From Candidatus Latescibacterota bacterium (lineage in GTDB: Bacteria; Krumholzibacteriota; Krumholzibacteriia; WVZY01; JAKEHA01), in contig OY970173.1 in NCBI GenBank assembly GCA_963707635.1, positions 2,400,001-2,464,000 of the forward strand: a stretch of 64,000 nucleotides of DNA, written 5' to 3'. The notes beneath the pieces were generated by a model. The model searched no databases. It had not been told where the DNA came from and saw nothing but the letters and a program-made list of their open reading frames with translations. Of the stretch, positions 10,244-20,417 are shown piece by piece; positions within the stretch are counted from its first letter, which is position 1, and each line of letters starts with the position of its first letter. The position numbers and the translations under genes were made by a program.

Positions 10244-11304
10244 AGCACCGTGATCTCGCTGTTGTCCCCGACCATCAGGCGGTAGGCGCGGGGCGGCTTG
10301 GTGCCGCGGCGCACGACGACGTTCTTGCCGATGAGGCTGTCGCTCATGCGGCTCCCGATATCGAGAATTGTGCAGTGCTCGAGGATGATGCTGTTCTCCA
10401 CCTCGCTGCTCTCGATGTGCGAGCCGGGTCCGATGCTGGTAAAGGGACCCACGTAGGCATTGATGATGCGCGAGCCCCGCCCGATGATGCACGGGCCGCG
10501 CAGAATGCTCCCGCGCACCTCGACGTCGTCGTCGAGGTGGACGTGGCCGTGGATCTCCGAGTCCTCCAGCTGCTTCGACTCGACGCGCGTCGCCATCCCG
10601 GTGAGCACCATCCGGTTGGCGTCGAGCATGTCCTCCAGCTTGCCGGTGTCCTTCCACCAGCCCTCGACGATGTGGGACTGGACGTGGTAGCCGTGCTCGA
10701 TCAGGTACTGGATGGCGTCGGTGATCTCGAGCTCGCCCCGCCCGCTGGGCTTGATCTTGTCGGTGGCTTCGAAGATCGAGGTCGTGAACATGTACACCCC
10801 CACCAGCGCGTAGTCGCTCTTGGGCCGCTTCGGCTTCTCCTCGAGGCCGACCACGCGGTCGCCCTTGAGCTCCGCGACGCCGAAGTCGCTCGGGTTCTTG
10901 ACCCGGGTCAGCAGAATCTGCGCGTCGTACTTGCCGCGCGTGAATTCGTCGACGAAATTCTTGATGCCGCCCGAGAGCAGGTTGTCGCCCAGGTACATGA
11001 CGAACGGGTCTTCCCCCATGTAGTCGCGCGATATCTTGACCGCGTGCGCGAGGCCGAGCGGCGCCTCCTGGCGAATGTATTGCACGCGCGCGCCGAACTG
11101 CGACCCGTCCCCCACCGCCTGTTTCACTTCGTCCGCGGTGTCGCCCACGATGATCGCGATGTCCTCGATGCCCGCCGCGCGGATCGCCTCGATGCCGTAG
11201 AAGAGGATCGGCTTGTTCGCGATCGGCACCAGCTGCTTGGCGCTGGTGTGGGTGATCGGGCGCAGCCGGGTGCCTTTGCCGCCGGCGAGGATCAATGCTT
11301 TGAT
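10240..11304 (-). CDS. rfbA: Glucose-1-phosphate thymidylyltransferase, long form (probable ATC start)
   Basis: (I/M)KALILAGGKGTRLRPITHTSAKQLVP, LEEKP, RGELEITDA, WWKDTG; C-terminal hexapeptide-like domain. Confidence 0.9.
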   Translation of the reverse strand: MKALILAGGKGTRLRPITHTSAKQLVPIANKPILFYGIEAIRAAGIEDIAIIVGDTADEVKQAVGDGSQFGARVQYIRQEAPLGLAHAVKISRDYMGEDPFVMYLGDNLLSGGIKNFVDEFTRGKYDAQILLTRVKNPSDFGVAELKGDRVVGLEEKPKRPKSDYALVGVYMFTTSIFEATDKIKPSGRGELEITDAIQYLIEHGYHVQSHIVEGWWKDTGKLEDMLDANRMVLTGMATRVESKQLEDSEIHGHVHLDDDVEVRGSILRGPCIIGRGSRIINAYVGPFTSIGPGSHIESSEVENSIILEHCTILDIGSRMSDSLIGKNVVVRRGTKPPRAYRLMVGDNSEITVL

Positions 11305-11334
11305 GGTCGGTCCCTCCCTCGGGAACGGTCGGGG

Positions 11335-12834
11335 TCAGTCCTTGATGACGGCGTACACGGACAGGAACAGGCTGGTCAGCGTCACCGCACCGATGAACAG
11401 GTTGCCCAGGATCACGCCCGTGCGCCGTTTGACCAGGATCGTCTCGCCGCGGTACACGACGCTGTCGTGGTTGCCCGAGCGCGTGTGACCGTGGTTGTCG
11501 TAGATCTCGAGCTTGTTGATGCTGCCGCGGTCGCCCGGTCCGCCCGCCATGGCGATGTAACGCCCCGCGGGCAGACCGCGCTGGAATTCGATCGGCCCCG
11601 GGTCGACCACTTCGCCGGAAACGAACACCACGTCGTCGAGCCGCGGGATGTTGATCACGTCGCCCGACAGGAGTGCGATGCTCGTCGTGGTGTCGCCCTC
11701 GACCAGCCGGGAGAGGTCCACCGGGATGAACTCTGCGCTGCCGTCGGACTTGATGCGCTCGATGCGCGAGTTGGCGAGGTCGTGGTCGTTGCGCAAGCGG
11801 ATGAACCGGGGCAGGAATGACGCGATCGTCTCGCCCGGCTCCAGATAGATGCGCCCGTCGCGCCCGCCACCGCCCTGCACGCGCACGAAGTCGATCCCGG
11901 GAAAACTGCGCAGGTCGGGAACGACAATCACGTCGCGGTCGCGCACGGTGGTCGTGCGGGCGCCGGCTTCGTCCAGCGCGATGATCGAAACGTCGCCGCT
12001 GTCGCTCACGCGCTCGAGCACGAGCCGGCCGAGATCCGCGTTGGTGGTGAACCCGCCGCCCAGATTGATCAGGTCCATCAGGGTCTCGCCCTCCACGATC
12101 TCGTAGACCTCGGTGCGCCACACTTCGCCCGCCACCTCCGCCGTCGCGCCGCGCGACGGCACGAACACGCTCTGTCCCTCGTGCAGCATCGGGTTCTGCG
12201 TCAGGTCGCCGAGCCGCTGGAACTTCAGCAGGTCGTAGCGCGCAACCGTGCCGTCGTTCACCCGGACCTCGACCTTGCGCTGGGACCCGGTCCCGAGCGC
12301 TCCACCCGCCGCCCGGATCACGCTGTCGAGGCGAAACGGAGCCGAGAGCTCGACCGGTCCCGGGTTGCGAATGCCGCCCAGCACGTAGACCACGAAGGTG
12401 CGCGGGATCACCAGCTCGACGTACACTTCGCCGGAGCGATAGAACGACCCGAGTGATTTCGATAGCTCGGCCCGAAACGCCGTGATCGTCAGTCCCGCCG
12501 CCCGGACGAGTCCGGCGTTGGGCACGAGCACGGTTCCCTCCGGCAGCACGCGCAGCGGGACTTCGGTCCCGGCCGCCTTCATGAACAGCACGAACTGGTC
12601 GCCTGGCCCGATCACGTACTGGTCGGGGTTGATCGGCGCATCCAAACCTTTGGGCACCAGCGCCAGCGCGGCCGCCGCCGAGTCGGCCGCTGTCACGCCC
12701 GGCGTTGTCGATGTCGACGGCGCCTGCCGAAACGGATCCCGTGTGCGGCGCGGCGTCGTGAACATCTGCGCCGGCGCGGCGGTGGTAACGACCATCACCA
12801 GAATCATCATCGAAGCGGTCACCCGAAACAGCAT
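11335..12834 (-). CDS. Polysaccharide export protein with SLBB domains (Wza/KpsD-like)
   Basis: Signal peptide, YVIGPGD, repeated VxGxVxxPG / AGG SLBB units, C-terminal hydrophobic helix. Confidence 0.85.
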   Translation of the reverse strand: MLFRVTASMMILVMVVTTAAPAQMFTTPRRTRDPFRQAPSTSTTPGVTAADSAAAALALVPKGLDAPINPDQYVIGPGDQFVLFMKAAGTEVPLRVLPEGTVLVPNAGLVRAAGLTITAFRAELSKSLGSFYRSGEVYVELVIPRTFVVYVLGGIRNPGPVELSAPFRLDSVIRAAGGALGTGSQRKVEVRVNDGTVARYDLLKFQRLGDLTQNPMLHEGQSVFVPSRGATAEVAGEVWRTEVYEIVEGETLMDLINLGGGFTTNADLGRLVLERVSDSGDVSIIALDEAGARTTTVRDRDVIVVPDLRSFPGIDFVRVQGGGGRDGRIYLEPGETIASFLPRFIRLRNDHDLANSRIERIKSDGSAEFIPVDLSRLVEGDTTTSIALLSGDVINIPRLDDVVFVSGEVVDPGPIEFQRGLPAGRYIAMAGGPGDRGSINKLEIYDNHGHTRSGNHDSVVYRGETILVKRRTGVILGNLFIGAVTLTSLFLSVYAVIKD

Positions 12835-12857
12835 GTCGACCTCTCGAATAGGGGGAG

Positions 12858-15545
12858 CTACGCGGCTTCGAGCGCCGCTTTCAGGAACGCGCGCACCCGG
12901 CCGAATTCCGACACGTTGGGGATTCCGAACTGGGCCATGTGTGGCTTGCCGCCGCCGCGGTATCCCAGCCCCTCCGCGACCCGTTTCGCCAGGTCGTCGG
13001 CCCGGACCCCCCGCTCATTTATAGCAGAGTCGCTGGAGACTAACAAACAGACCGGTTTCTCGACTCCCGATTGACACACCAGCGCCACACCGAGTCCGAT
13101 CTTCCCGCGCAGCGCGTCTCCGTAGGTGCGCAGGGCATTCACGTCCGGGGCCTCCACCGTGGTTGCGACGAAGCGGATACCGCCCACGTCCTCGCCGGCC
13201 GAGAGCGCTTCCACCGCTTCCGATTGCGCCCGGCGGGCGTCGTCCTTCTTGCGTTCGCGCTGCAGTGCTTCGTGCTCGTCGAGCAGCGCGCGGACCCGTT
13301 TCTCCACCTCGGCGGGCGCGACCCGCAGCAGCGCCGCCACCTGGTTCCACTCGCCCAGCGCGCGCCGCGCGCTGTCGAGCGCCACCGTGCCGGTGATCGC
13401 CTCCACCCGGCGCACGCCCGAGGCCACCGCGGCCTCCTGCCGGATGAAGAACGCTCCGATCTCGCCGGTGCGCTTGAGGTGGGTTCCTCCGCAGAGCTCT
13501 TTCGAAAAACCTTCGATGGACACGACCCGGACCACGTCGCCGTATTTCTCGCCGAAGAGCGCCATCGCGCCGGTCTTCATCGCCTCCGCGTACGGCAAAT
13601 TGGCGGTGGTGACCGCCAGGTCTTCCATCACCTTCTCGTTCACCAGCCGCTCCACCTCCGCCACCTCGTCGGGCTTCATGGCCTGGAAATGGTGGAAGTC
13701 GAAACGCATCCGGTCGGGCGCCACCAGCGAGCCGGCCTGCGCCACGTGGTCGCCGAGCACCTTGCGCAGCGCGGCGTGGACCAGGTGGGTCGCGGTGTGG
13801 TTACGCATGGTCGCGAAGCGGCGTTCGCGATCGACGTGGAGGCGTCCCATGGGCCGGTCGGAGATGCCCTTGCTTACCTGCGTGAGCATGTCGTCCGCGA
13901 CTCGCGCAAGGTGGGCAATACGTTCGCCGGAACGATACGCGTCGACGACGTCCAGTTTGCTCTCAGCAAACGACACGGAGCCGGCGTCGCCCACCTGACC
14001 CCCGCCTTCGGGATAAAACACGGAACGGTCGGTCGTGAACTCGACGAAAGGTCCGTCTGTCCCCTGGCGTGCCACGCGATCCGGTCGCGCCGAACCCAGC
14101 GTCACCACCTCCGCGTCACAGTCCAGCGCGTCGTAGCCCAAGAACTCGGTGCGCGGCACGTCGCGAAACACGACCTCCCCGCGGAATGCCTCGGTGAAGG
14201 TCACCTTCTCGTCGACGCGATGAAAGCTCGCCCCCCGCGCGCGTTCCTTCTGTTCCTTCATCGCCTGCTCGAAGCCTTTGGTGTCGATTTCGAGCCCGCG
14301 GTCCTGCGCCATTTCGCTCGTCAACTCGGGCGGGAAGCCGAAGGTGTCGTACAGTTGAAACACGTCCGCTCCGGCCACCCGCTTCGATCGCCTGGCCGCG
14401 TCGAAGAGGACCTCGAGGCGGTTCATCCCCAGCTCGAGCGTGTCGAGGAAGCGCGTCTCCTCCGCGGTGATGACTTCCCTGACCAGTGACGCGCGCGGGG
14501 CCAGCTCGGGGTAGCGCGGGCCCATCGCTTTCACCACCGCGTCCACCGCGCGCGCCAGAAACGGTTCGCGCACGCCGAACGGGTGCATCTTGGTGAGCGC
14601 GCGCCGCAGGAGGCGCCGCAGCACGTAGCCGCGCCCGTCGTTGGACGGCATGATTCCCTCCGCGAGCGCGAAGGTCAGCGCGCGGACGTGGTCCGAGGCG
14701 GCGTTGATCGCCAGCGCGGCTTTCGCCGCGTCCGCGCCGCGCGGGAGCGCCGCCGCGATCGCGCTGCGGATGGGGAGAAACTCGTCGGTGTGAAAATTGT
14801 CCTCGGCGCCCTGCAGGATGAACGCGAGGCGTTCGAGCCCGAGCCCGGTGTCGATACCCGGCTTCGGGAGCGGGTCGTAGACGCCCTGGTCGGTATAAAA
14901 GAACTGGGGAAATACCAGATTCCAGTACTCGATGTAGCGATCGTTGTCGTCGTGGTGGCCGGGGCCCCCGTCCGGGCCGGGACGCCCGGTGTCGTAGTGC
15001 AGCTCCGACGACGGGCCGCACACCCCGGTGTCCCCCACCGGGCCCCAGAAGTTGTCTTTTCTGCCCAGCCGCTTGATGCGCGCCTTCGGGAAACCGATGT
15101 GCGCAGACCACAGCTCGAACGCCTCGTCGTCGTTCTCGAAGATCGTGACCCAGATGCGCTCGCGGTCGAGCTTCCACACGTCGATCGACAGCTCCCACCC
15201 CCACTCGATCGCCTCGCGCTTGAAATAGTCTCCGAACGAGAAATTTCCCAGCATCTCGAAGAAGGTGTGGTGACGCAGCGTCCGGCCCACGTTCTCGAGG
15301 TCGCTCTGCTTGCCGCCGGCGCGCAGACACTTCTGCACGCTGGCCGCGCGGCGGTACGGCGCCCGCGACGGATCGCGGTAGTACGCCTTGAACGGGACCA
15401 TCCCCGCCGCGGTGAACAGGAGCGTCGGGTCCTCGGGCAACAGCGGCGCGCTCGGCACGACGGTATGGCCGCGGGACTCGAAGAACGAGAGATAGTCCTT
15501 CACCAGCCGCGCGACCGCGTAGCGATTCTTCGTTTCATTCACCAT
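12858..15545 (-). CDS. alaS: Alanine--tRNA ligase
   Basis: DPTLLFTAAGM, HHTFFEMLGNFSFGDYFK, HTATH, ELCGGTH, GGGKP. Confidence 0.98.
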   Translation of the reverse strand: MVNETKNRYAVARLVKDYLSFFESRGHTVVPSAPLLPEDPTLLFTAAGMVPFKAYYRDPSRAPYRRAASVQKCLRAGGKQSDLENVGRTLRHHTFFEMLGNFSFGDYFKREAIEWGWELSIDVWKLDRERIWVTIFENDDEAFELWSAHIGFPKARIKRLGRKDNFWGPVGDTGVCGPSSELHYDTGRPGPDGGPGHHDDNDRYIEYWNLVFPQFFYTDQGVYDPLPKPGIDTGLGLERLAFILQGAEDNFHTDEFLPIRSAIAAALPRGADAAKAALAINAASDHVRALTFALAEGIMPSNDGRGYVLRRLLRRALTKMHPFGVREPFLARAVDAVVKAMGPRYPELAPRASLVREVITAEETRFLDTLELGMNRLEVLFDAARRSKRVAGADVFQLYDTFGFPPELTSEMAQDRGLEIDTKGFEQAMKEQKERARGASFHRVDEKVTFTEAFRGEVVFRDVPRTEFLGYDALDCDAEVVTLGSARPDRVARQGTDGPFVEFTTDRSVFYPEGGGQVGDAGSVSFAESKLDVVDAYRSGERIAHLARVADDMLTQVSKGISDRPMGRLHVDRERRFATMRNHTATHLVHAALRKVLGDHVAQAGSLVAPDRMRFDFHHFQAMKPDEVAEVERLVNEKVMEDLAVTTANLPYAEAMKTGAMALFGEKYGDVVRVVSIEGFSKELCGGTHLKRTGEIGAFFIRQEAAVASGVRRVEAITGTVALDSARRALGEWNQVAALLRVAPAEVEKRVRALLDEHEALQRERKKDDARRAQSEAVEALSAGEDVGGIRFVATTVEAPDVNALRTYGDALRGKIGLGVALVCQSGVEKPVCLLVSSDSAINERGVRADDLAKRVAEGLGYRGGGKPHMAQFGIPNVSEFGRVRAFLKAALEAA

Positions 15546-15553
15546 TGCTTCGG

Positions 15554-16210
15554 TCAGTCCCTCGCGGCGTCGGGCGCTTCGTCGGCGTCGTCGCGCTTCA
15601 CCCGGCGCGCGAGGTCGTAGCCCACGCGGTTGACCACCGCGAAATCGTAGCCCTTGCGCGCGAGCATTCCCATGATCCGGCGCACGGTCTTCTCGTTCAC
15701 CCCGCCCGCGCCCACCTGTCGCTCGGCCAGGGCGCGCGCCATGGCTTCCTGCTCGTCGGCCGAGAACGCGTGCAGCGCGCCGTCGACGACGTCCCGGCTC
15801 ACCCCGAGCTTCTTCAGGTCGGAGCGGAGCCGGTGCGGCCCCAGCCGCCGCACGTCTTTCTTGACGGAAACGAATTCGCGGGCGAAGCGCGCGTCGTCGA
15901 CGAGTCCGGACTCCTCGAGTTCGGCCAGGAGGCCGCGCCGCACCGCGTCGGACAACCCGAGCGCGCGCAGCGCGTCGTCGACCTCGCGGCGCGAGCGGGC
16001 GCGGATCGCGAGCATGCGCATGGCCTTGTCGCGCCCGCGCAGGCTCTGGTCGATGCCGTCCAGCCGTGCGATGTCCTCGTCGGACAACTCGGCCCCGACC
16101 GCCAGCGCCGCCGCCGCTTCCTCCGGAATGGCAAAAAACCGCCCCCCGGAGAGTCGGATGACCACTCGGTCCCGGGGGCGCGGTTTTCGCTCGACGATGT
16201 GCTCGGACAT
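15554..16210 (-). CDS. recX: Regulatory protein RecX
   Basis: Directly downstream of recA; RSRRE, LVDDARFA, GPHRL, LARKGY. Confidence 0.88.
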   Translation of the reverse strand: MSEHIVERKPRPRDRVVIRLSGGRFFAIPEEAAAALAVGAELSDEDIARLDGIDQSLRGRDKAMRMLAIRARSRREVDDALRALGLSDAVRRGLLAELEESGLVDDARFAREFVSVKKDVRRLGPHRLRSDLKKLGVSRDVVDGALHAFSADEQEAMARALAERQVGAGGVNEKTVRRIMGMLARKGYDFAVVNRVGYDLARRVKRDDADEAPDAARD

Positions 16211-17374
16211 CTACGTTCGCGCGCGAACGACACCCGGCTTCCGGCGCGGGTTGGCCGACAGCGCGTCTCCACCGCCGCCTTCCGACGGATCCACCGTGAC
16301 GGCGGCCGCCAGCGCCTCGGTGGTAGCCGCGCCCGCAACCGCCGGCGCAGGCTTGGCGTCCACGTCGAAGTGGCTGCGGATCCGGTCGGCGATCTCGGTG
16401 GCGATCGCGGGGTGTTCCTTCAGGAACCGGCGCGCCGCCTCCTTGCCCTGCCCCAGGCGCTCGTCGCCGTAGGCGAACCAGGTCCCGCTCTTCTTGACGA
16501 TGTCGACGCTCGCGCCGATGTCGACGATGTCGCCTTCCAGGCTGATGCCTTCGCCGTAGATGATGTCGAACTCGCAGGTGCGAAACGGCGCCGCCACCTT
16601 GTTCTTCACGACCTTCACCTTGGTGCGGCTCCCGGAGACGACCTCGCCTTCCTTGATGGCCGCGATGCGGCGAATGTCCATGCGGACGCTGGAGTAGAAC
16701 TTGAGCGCGTTGCCGCCCGACGTCGTCTCGGGGTTTCCGAACATGACGCCGATCTTCATGCGAATCTGGTTGGTGAAGATCAAGCAGGTCTTGGTCTTGC
16801 TGACCGTGCCGGTGAGCTTACGCAGCGCCTGCGACATGAGCCGCGCCTGCAGCCCCACGTGCTGGTCGCCCATTTCGCCGTTGATCTCGGCCTGCGGCAC
16901 CAGCGCCGCCACCGAGTCGACGACGATCACGTCGAGCGCACCGCTGCGGATCAGGACCTCGGCGATCTCGAGCGCCTGCTCGCCCGTATCGGGCTGCGAG
17001 ATGAGGAGATTGTCGATGTCGAGGCCGATCTTCTTGGCGTAGCCGACGTCGAACGCGTGCTCGGCGTCGATGAACGCCGCCAGGCCGCCGCGGCGCTGGG
17101 CGTTGGCGATGATCGAACACGTGAGCGTGGTCTTGCCGGACCCTTCCGGCCCGAAGATCTCGACGATGCGTCCCCGCGGCACCCCGCCCACGCCGAGTGC
17201 GAGGTCGAGCGCCAGGCTCCCGGTCGGGATGATCTCGACCGGCACGACGGCGTAGTTGGCACCCAGGCGCATGATCGACCCCTGACCGAACTGCTTTTCG
17301 ATCTGCTGCACGGCGAGTTCGATCGCCTTGCCTTTTTCTTCCGACGTCCCCGTTGTCTGTGGTCTGGTTGACAT
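16211..17374 (-). CDS. recA: Recombinase RecA
   Basis: [33 protein letters not shown]; Ala-rich C-terminal tail. Confidence 0.99.
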   Translation of the reverse strand: MSTRPQTTGTSEEKGKAIELAVQQIEKQFGQGSIMRLGANYAVVPVEIIPTGSLALDLALGVGGVPRGRIVEIFGPEGSGKTTLTCSIIANAQRRGGLAAFIDAEHAFDVGYAKKIGLDIDNLLISQPDTGEQALEIAEVLIRSGALDVIVVDSVAALVPQAEINGEMGDQHVGLQARLMSQALRKLTGTVSKTKTCLIFTNQIRMKIGVMFGNPETTSGGNALKFYSSVRMDIRRIAAIKEGEVVSGSRTKVKVVKNKVAAPFRTCEFDIIYGEGISLEGDIVDIGASVDIVKKSGTWFAYGDERLGQGKEAARRFLKEHPAIATEIADRIRSHFDVDAKPAPAVAGAATTEALAAAVTVDPSEGGGGDALSANPRRKPGVVRART

Positions 17375-17507
17375 TATCGTCTCCCTTGCAAATACTCGAG
17401 TGGCTGGCCCATCCCATCCGCACCGCGCCCCCGCGTCCAGCCGCTCGCGGGGCGCATCAACAAATATGTGTTCCGACCAACGTGCAGCCGGATACTAGCA
17501 CGGGGTT

Positions 17508-18065
17508 TCACGGCAAGGCAAAGGGTTTGACCACCGAATACTGGGCGCCGGTACGGCCCAAACGGCTTTCCGTGAGCGTGAAGGTGGAAACGCGGAAGAC
17601 GGGAGTGACAAGCGCGGGGACAGTCGCCAGCCTCGCCGCCACCGACGCCGGCAGCGGCTCCTTGACGCGCGCCACCGTCACGTGGGCGTGGAAAGGACGC
17701 GATTCCGGTTTCAATCCGATCGCGGCCTCGAGCGCGGTGTCGATTTCACGCGCCAGCGCGGCGAGCGCGGGCGCACCCTGCTCCACCCGGTAGAAGAGCA
17801 CGCGCGGCGAGCGCAGGTCGGGAAACGCCCCGAAGCGGCCGAGCGTCCCGTCGAAGGCAGCGTGGTGTGAGCGCACGTCCTCGAGCGCCACCAGCGCGCG
17901 TTCGAGCTGGTCGCTTGATGTCTCGCCCAGGAACTTGAGGGTCAGGTGCCAGGTCTCCGGCGAGGACCACCTCCACGGGGGCCGCTCGACCGGGAATCGA
18001 TCGATCGCGTCGCGAATCGCGGCGCGGATGGTGTCGTCGAAGTCGACGGCGACGAAAAGGCGCAT
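17508..18065 (-). CDS. thpR: RNA 2',3'-cyclic phosphodiesterase (2H family)
   Basis: MRLFVAV, HLTLKFLG and HVTVAR 2H motifs. Confidence 0.93.
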   Translation of the reverse strand: MRLFVAVDFDDTIRAAIRDAIDRFPVERPPWRWSSPETWHLTLKFLGETSSDQLERALVALEDVRSHHAAFDGTLGRFGAFPDLRSPRVLFYRVEQGAPALAALAREIDTALEAAIGLKPESRPFHAHVTVARVKEPLPASVAARLATVPALVTPVFRVSTFTLTESRLGRTGAQYSVVKPFALP

Positions 18066-18066
18066 C

Positions 18067-19329
18067 TCACCCCCGGCGTCGCAACTGGTCGTACAGGAGC
18101 CACAGCGCGCCGTGGGCGGCGCGGTCGCGGATGGCGCCGCGGTCGCCCGGATAGATGACGCGCCGGACCTGCGAGCCGCCCTCCCACGCGACACCGATGA
18201 ACGTGAGTCCAACCGGCTTGTGCGGCGTGGCCCCGCCGGGTCCCGCGATGCCGGTGGTGGCGATCCCGTACGTCGCCTTCCCTCGCCGGCGGATGCCATG
18301 CGCCATTTCCGTGCACGTCTCCTCGCTCACGGCGCCGAATTGTTCCAGGGTTTCGCCTCGCACGCCGAGAAGGTCCACCTTGCTCTCGTTCGAGTACGCG
18401 ACCACGCCTGCGCGGAAGTAGTCGCTGCTGCCCGTGTGCTCGGTGGCGAGGCGACCGATGGTTCCACCGGTGAGCGACTCCGCGGCGGCGAGGGTCTCGC
18501 CGCGCGCCTTGAGGAGGTCGCCGACCACCTGCGCCAGAGTGCGCTCTCCGCGTTCGTAACACTTCGTGCCCAGGACTTCCTCGAGCCGGGCGTGCAGCCG
18601 TGCCGCCTCCGCGTCGAGGTGCTCCGTGTCCGCGCCCGGCTTCTGCGTCAATACGACGTCGACGCCGGCCACGTTGGGCAGCCACGAGATCGAGTACGCG
18701 TTCACACGCCAGGCGTCGGCGCCGACAGCGTCCACCAGCTGGGACTCGCCCACGCCGATGGTCCGAAACGTCTCCACCCGCAGCCTCGGCCGGGCGAACG
18801 CGCGCTCGAGGCGCGCGAGCACGAACGACTCCACCATCGGTTGCAGCTCTCCCGGCGGGCCCGGCAGCACGAACACCAGCGTGTCGCCCGCCGCCGCGCA
18901 GAAACCGGACGCGGTGCCGCGCTCGTTCACGATGATCTCGGCTCCGACCGGAAAGTGGGCCTGGCGGCGATTGGCCTCGGTGGCGACCCGCCCGCGTGTG
19001 CCGAAGAACGCCTCGATGCGTTTCCATTCGTCCTCGTGAAACTCGAGCACCGCGTCCAGCGCCTCGGCCACGCCTTCGCGGGTGGTGTCGTCGTCGGTGG
19101 GGCCGAGGCCGCCGGTCACCACCAGCGCCCGCGTGTGCGATATCCGGGAGCGCACCACCTCCGCAATCTTCGCCACATCGTCGCCGACGGTGTGCGCCGC
19201 GTGTACCCGCACCCCGTGGCGCGCGCACGCGCGCGCAATGAACGGCAGGTGGGCGTCGCGGCGTTCGCCGCGCAGGAGCTCGTCGCCGACCAGGACGACT
19301 TCGACATCGTGCATCACGTGGGGTGTCAT
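18067..19329 (-). CDS. cinA: CinA-family protein (MocF-like domain + NMN deamidase)
   Basis: GDELLRG, GGLGPTDDDTT, LPGPP, AESLTGG, TGIAGPGG. Confidence 0.93.
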   Translation of the reverse strand: MTPHVMHDVEVVLVGDELLRGERRDAHLPFIARACARHGVRVHAAHTVGDDVAKIAEVVRSRISHTRALVVTGGLGPTDDDTTREGVAEALDAVLEFHEDEWKRIEAFFGTRGRVATEANRRQAHFPVGAEIIVNERGTASGFCAAAGDTLVFVLPGPPGELQPMVESFVLARLERAFARPRLRVETFRTIGVGESQLVDAVGADAWRVNAYSISWLPNVAGVDVVLTQKPGADTEHLDAEAARLHARLEEVLGTKCYERGERTLAQVVGDLLKARGETLAAAESLTGGTIGRLATEHTGSSDYFRAGVVAYSNESKVDLLGVRGETLEQFGAVSEETCTEMAHGIRRRGKATYGIATTGIAGPGGATPHKPVGLTFIGVAWEGGSQVRRVIYPGDRGAIRDRAAHGALWLLYDQLRRRG

Positions 19330-19345
19330 CGGGTCGGGGGGGTGA

Positions 19346-19753
19346 TCACGGTTGCGCGTCCGGAGCACCATCCAGCCACGCCAGCGCTTCGTCCATGGTC
19401 CGAAACACGCGCACCGCTTTCGTGCTGCGAGGATCGAGCTCGCGATACGTCGAGTACATGCGCCCCAGCCCGAACGCGAGGTCGCCCGGGGCCACGATCG
19501 CAAACCGGGACGCCTGGCTCGGGTGGTCCATGCCGGCCGCCAGCGCGGCCAGGTCCCGCATCCCGTCCGCCGACGGCGCTGGCACGTCGATGTGATCGGC
19601 GGCGCTCACGTCGACGATCTGGTCGAACCCGGCGACCTCGGGCCGCGCCCACACGTCGTGCTGGTAGGCGTAGATGTCCTGCTCGGTCACGACCCCCGAC
19701 CCGCGCGCGACCACGCGGCGGCGGTCATGGTCGATCTGGTATTCGATTGGCAT
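19346..19753 (-). CDS. Hypothetical protein, STAS/SpoIIAA-like
   Basis: MPIEYQID...AIVAPGDLAFGLGRMY...VRVFRTMDEALAWL pattern. Confidence 0.7.
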   Translation of the reverse strand: MPIEYQIDHDRRRVVARGSGVVTEQDIYAYQHDVWARPEVAGFDQIVDVSAADHIDVPAPSADGMRDLAALAAGMDHPSQASRFAIVAPGDLAFGLGRMYSTYRELDPRSTKAVRVFRTMDEALAWLDGAPDAQP

Positions 19754-19800
19754 ATGACCCTGATGATACCGCCGCGCGCGCGTTTCGGGGACCCGGGATT

Positions 19801-20268
19801 TCAGACCAAGAAACGGCCGAGCACCGGGGTGACGAACGAGGCCAGCACGAGCGCGGCGCGCGAGTACACCCCCGCCAGCACGTCGTCGGCCACGACTCCC
19901 CACCCACCCGGGAAGGACTGTAGCCGGTCGATCGGAAACGGCTTCCACACGTCGAAAATCCGGAAGAGCGCGAACGCTGCAATCACCCCGGCGAACGTCG
20001 GCTCGGCGGCGACGAGCACGATTTGGATGCCGACGATCTCGTCGATCACGACGCAGTGCGGGTCCTTGCCGTACCTCGTCTCCATGGCCGTGGAAGCGGG
20101 AACCGAGAGGATGGCGGTGACCAGGCATACCAGCGGATGCACCAGCCACTCGCCACCGGGCACGAGCCGGTATACAAGGAGGAACACCGCGGTCGCGAAC
20201 GTCGCCGGGGCGAACGGAAAATGTCCGCTGTAAGCGAACGTGGCGAACGCGCGGACAAGCGCCTTCAC
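19801..20268 (-). CDS. pgpA: Phosphatidylglycerophosphatase A
   Basis: DPHCVVIDE, FRIFDVWKPFPI, GVVADD. Confidence 0.93.
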   Translation of the reverse strand: MKALVRAFATFAYSGHFPFAPATFATAVFLLVYRLVPGGEWLVHPLVCLVTAILSVPASTAMETRYGKDPHCVVIDEIVGIQIVLVAAEPTFAGVIAAFALFRIFDVWKPFPIDRLQSFPGGWGVVADDVLAGVYSRAALVLASFVTPVLGRFLV

Positions 20269-20417
20269 CCGACCACCTGGCCACGTGCGCGCGCGAGGCG
20301 GCGAAGGCGTGGAGTGGGCGCTGGAGATGACGCGTGGTTCGTCATGAAGAAAAACTCGTTGCGGGGCGACGACGGAATAGTATCACGTTTGACAGACGGA
20401 CGGTATACTGGCACGCG

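Noticed and set aside
9647..12121. 824-aa ORF suggesting a large GmhA fusion
   Set aside because: Only the last 198 aa are GmhA; the rest is an alternate frame over rfbA and the SLBB gene
16211..16370. RecA C-terminal extension as an extra domain or intein
   Set aside because: It is a low-complexity Ala-rich tail without splicing motifs; RecA tails vary widely
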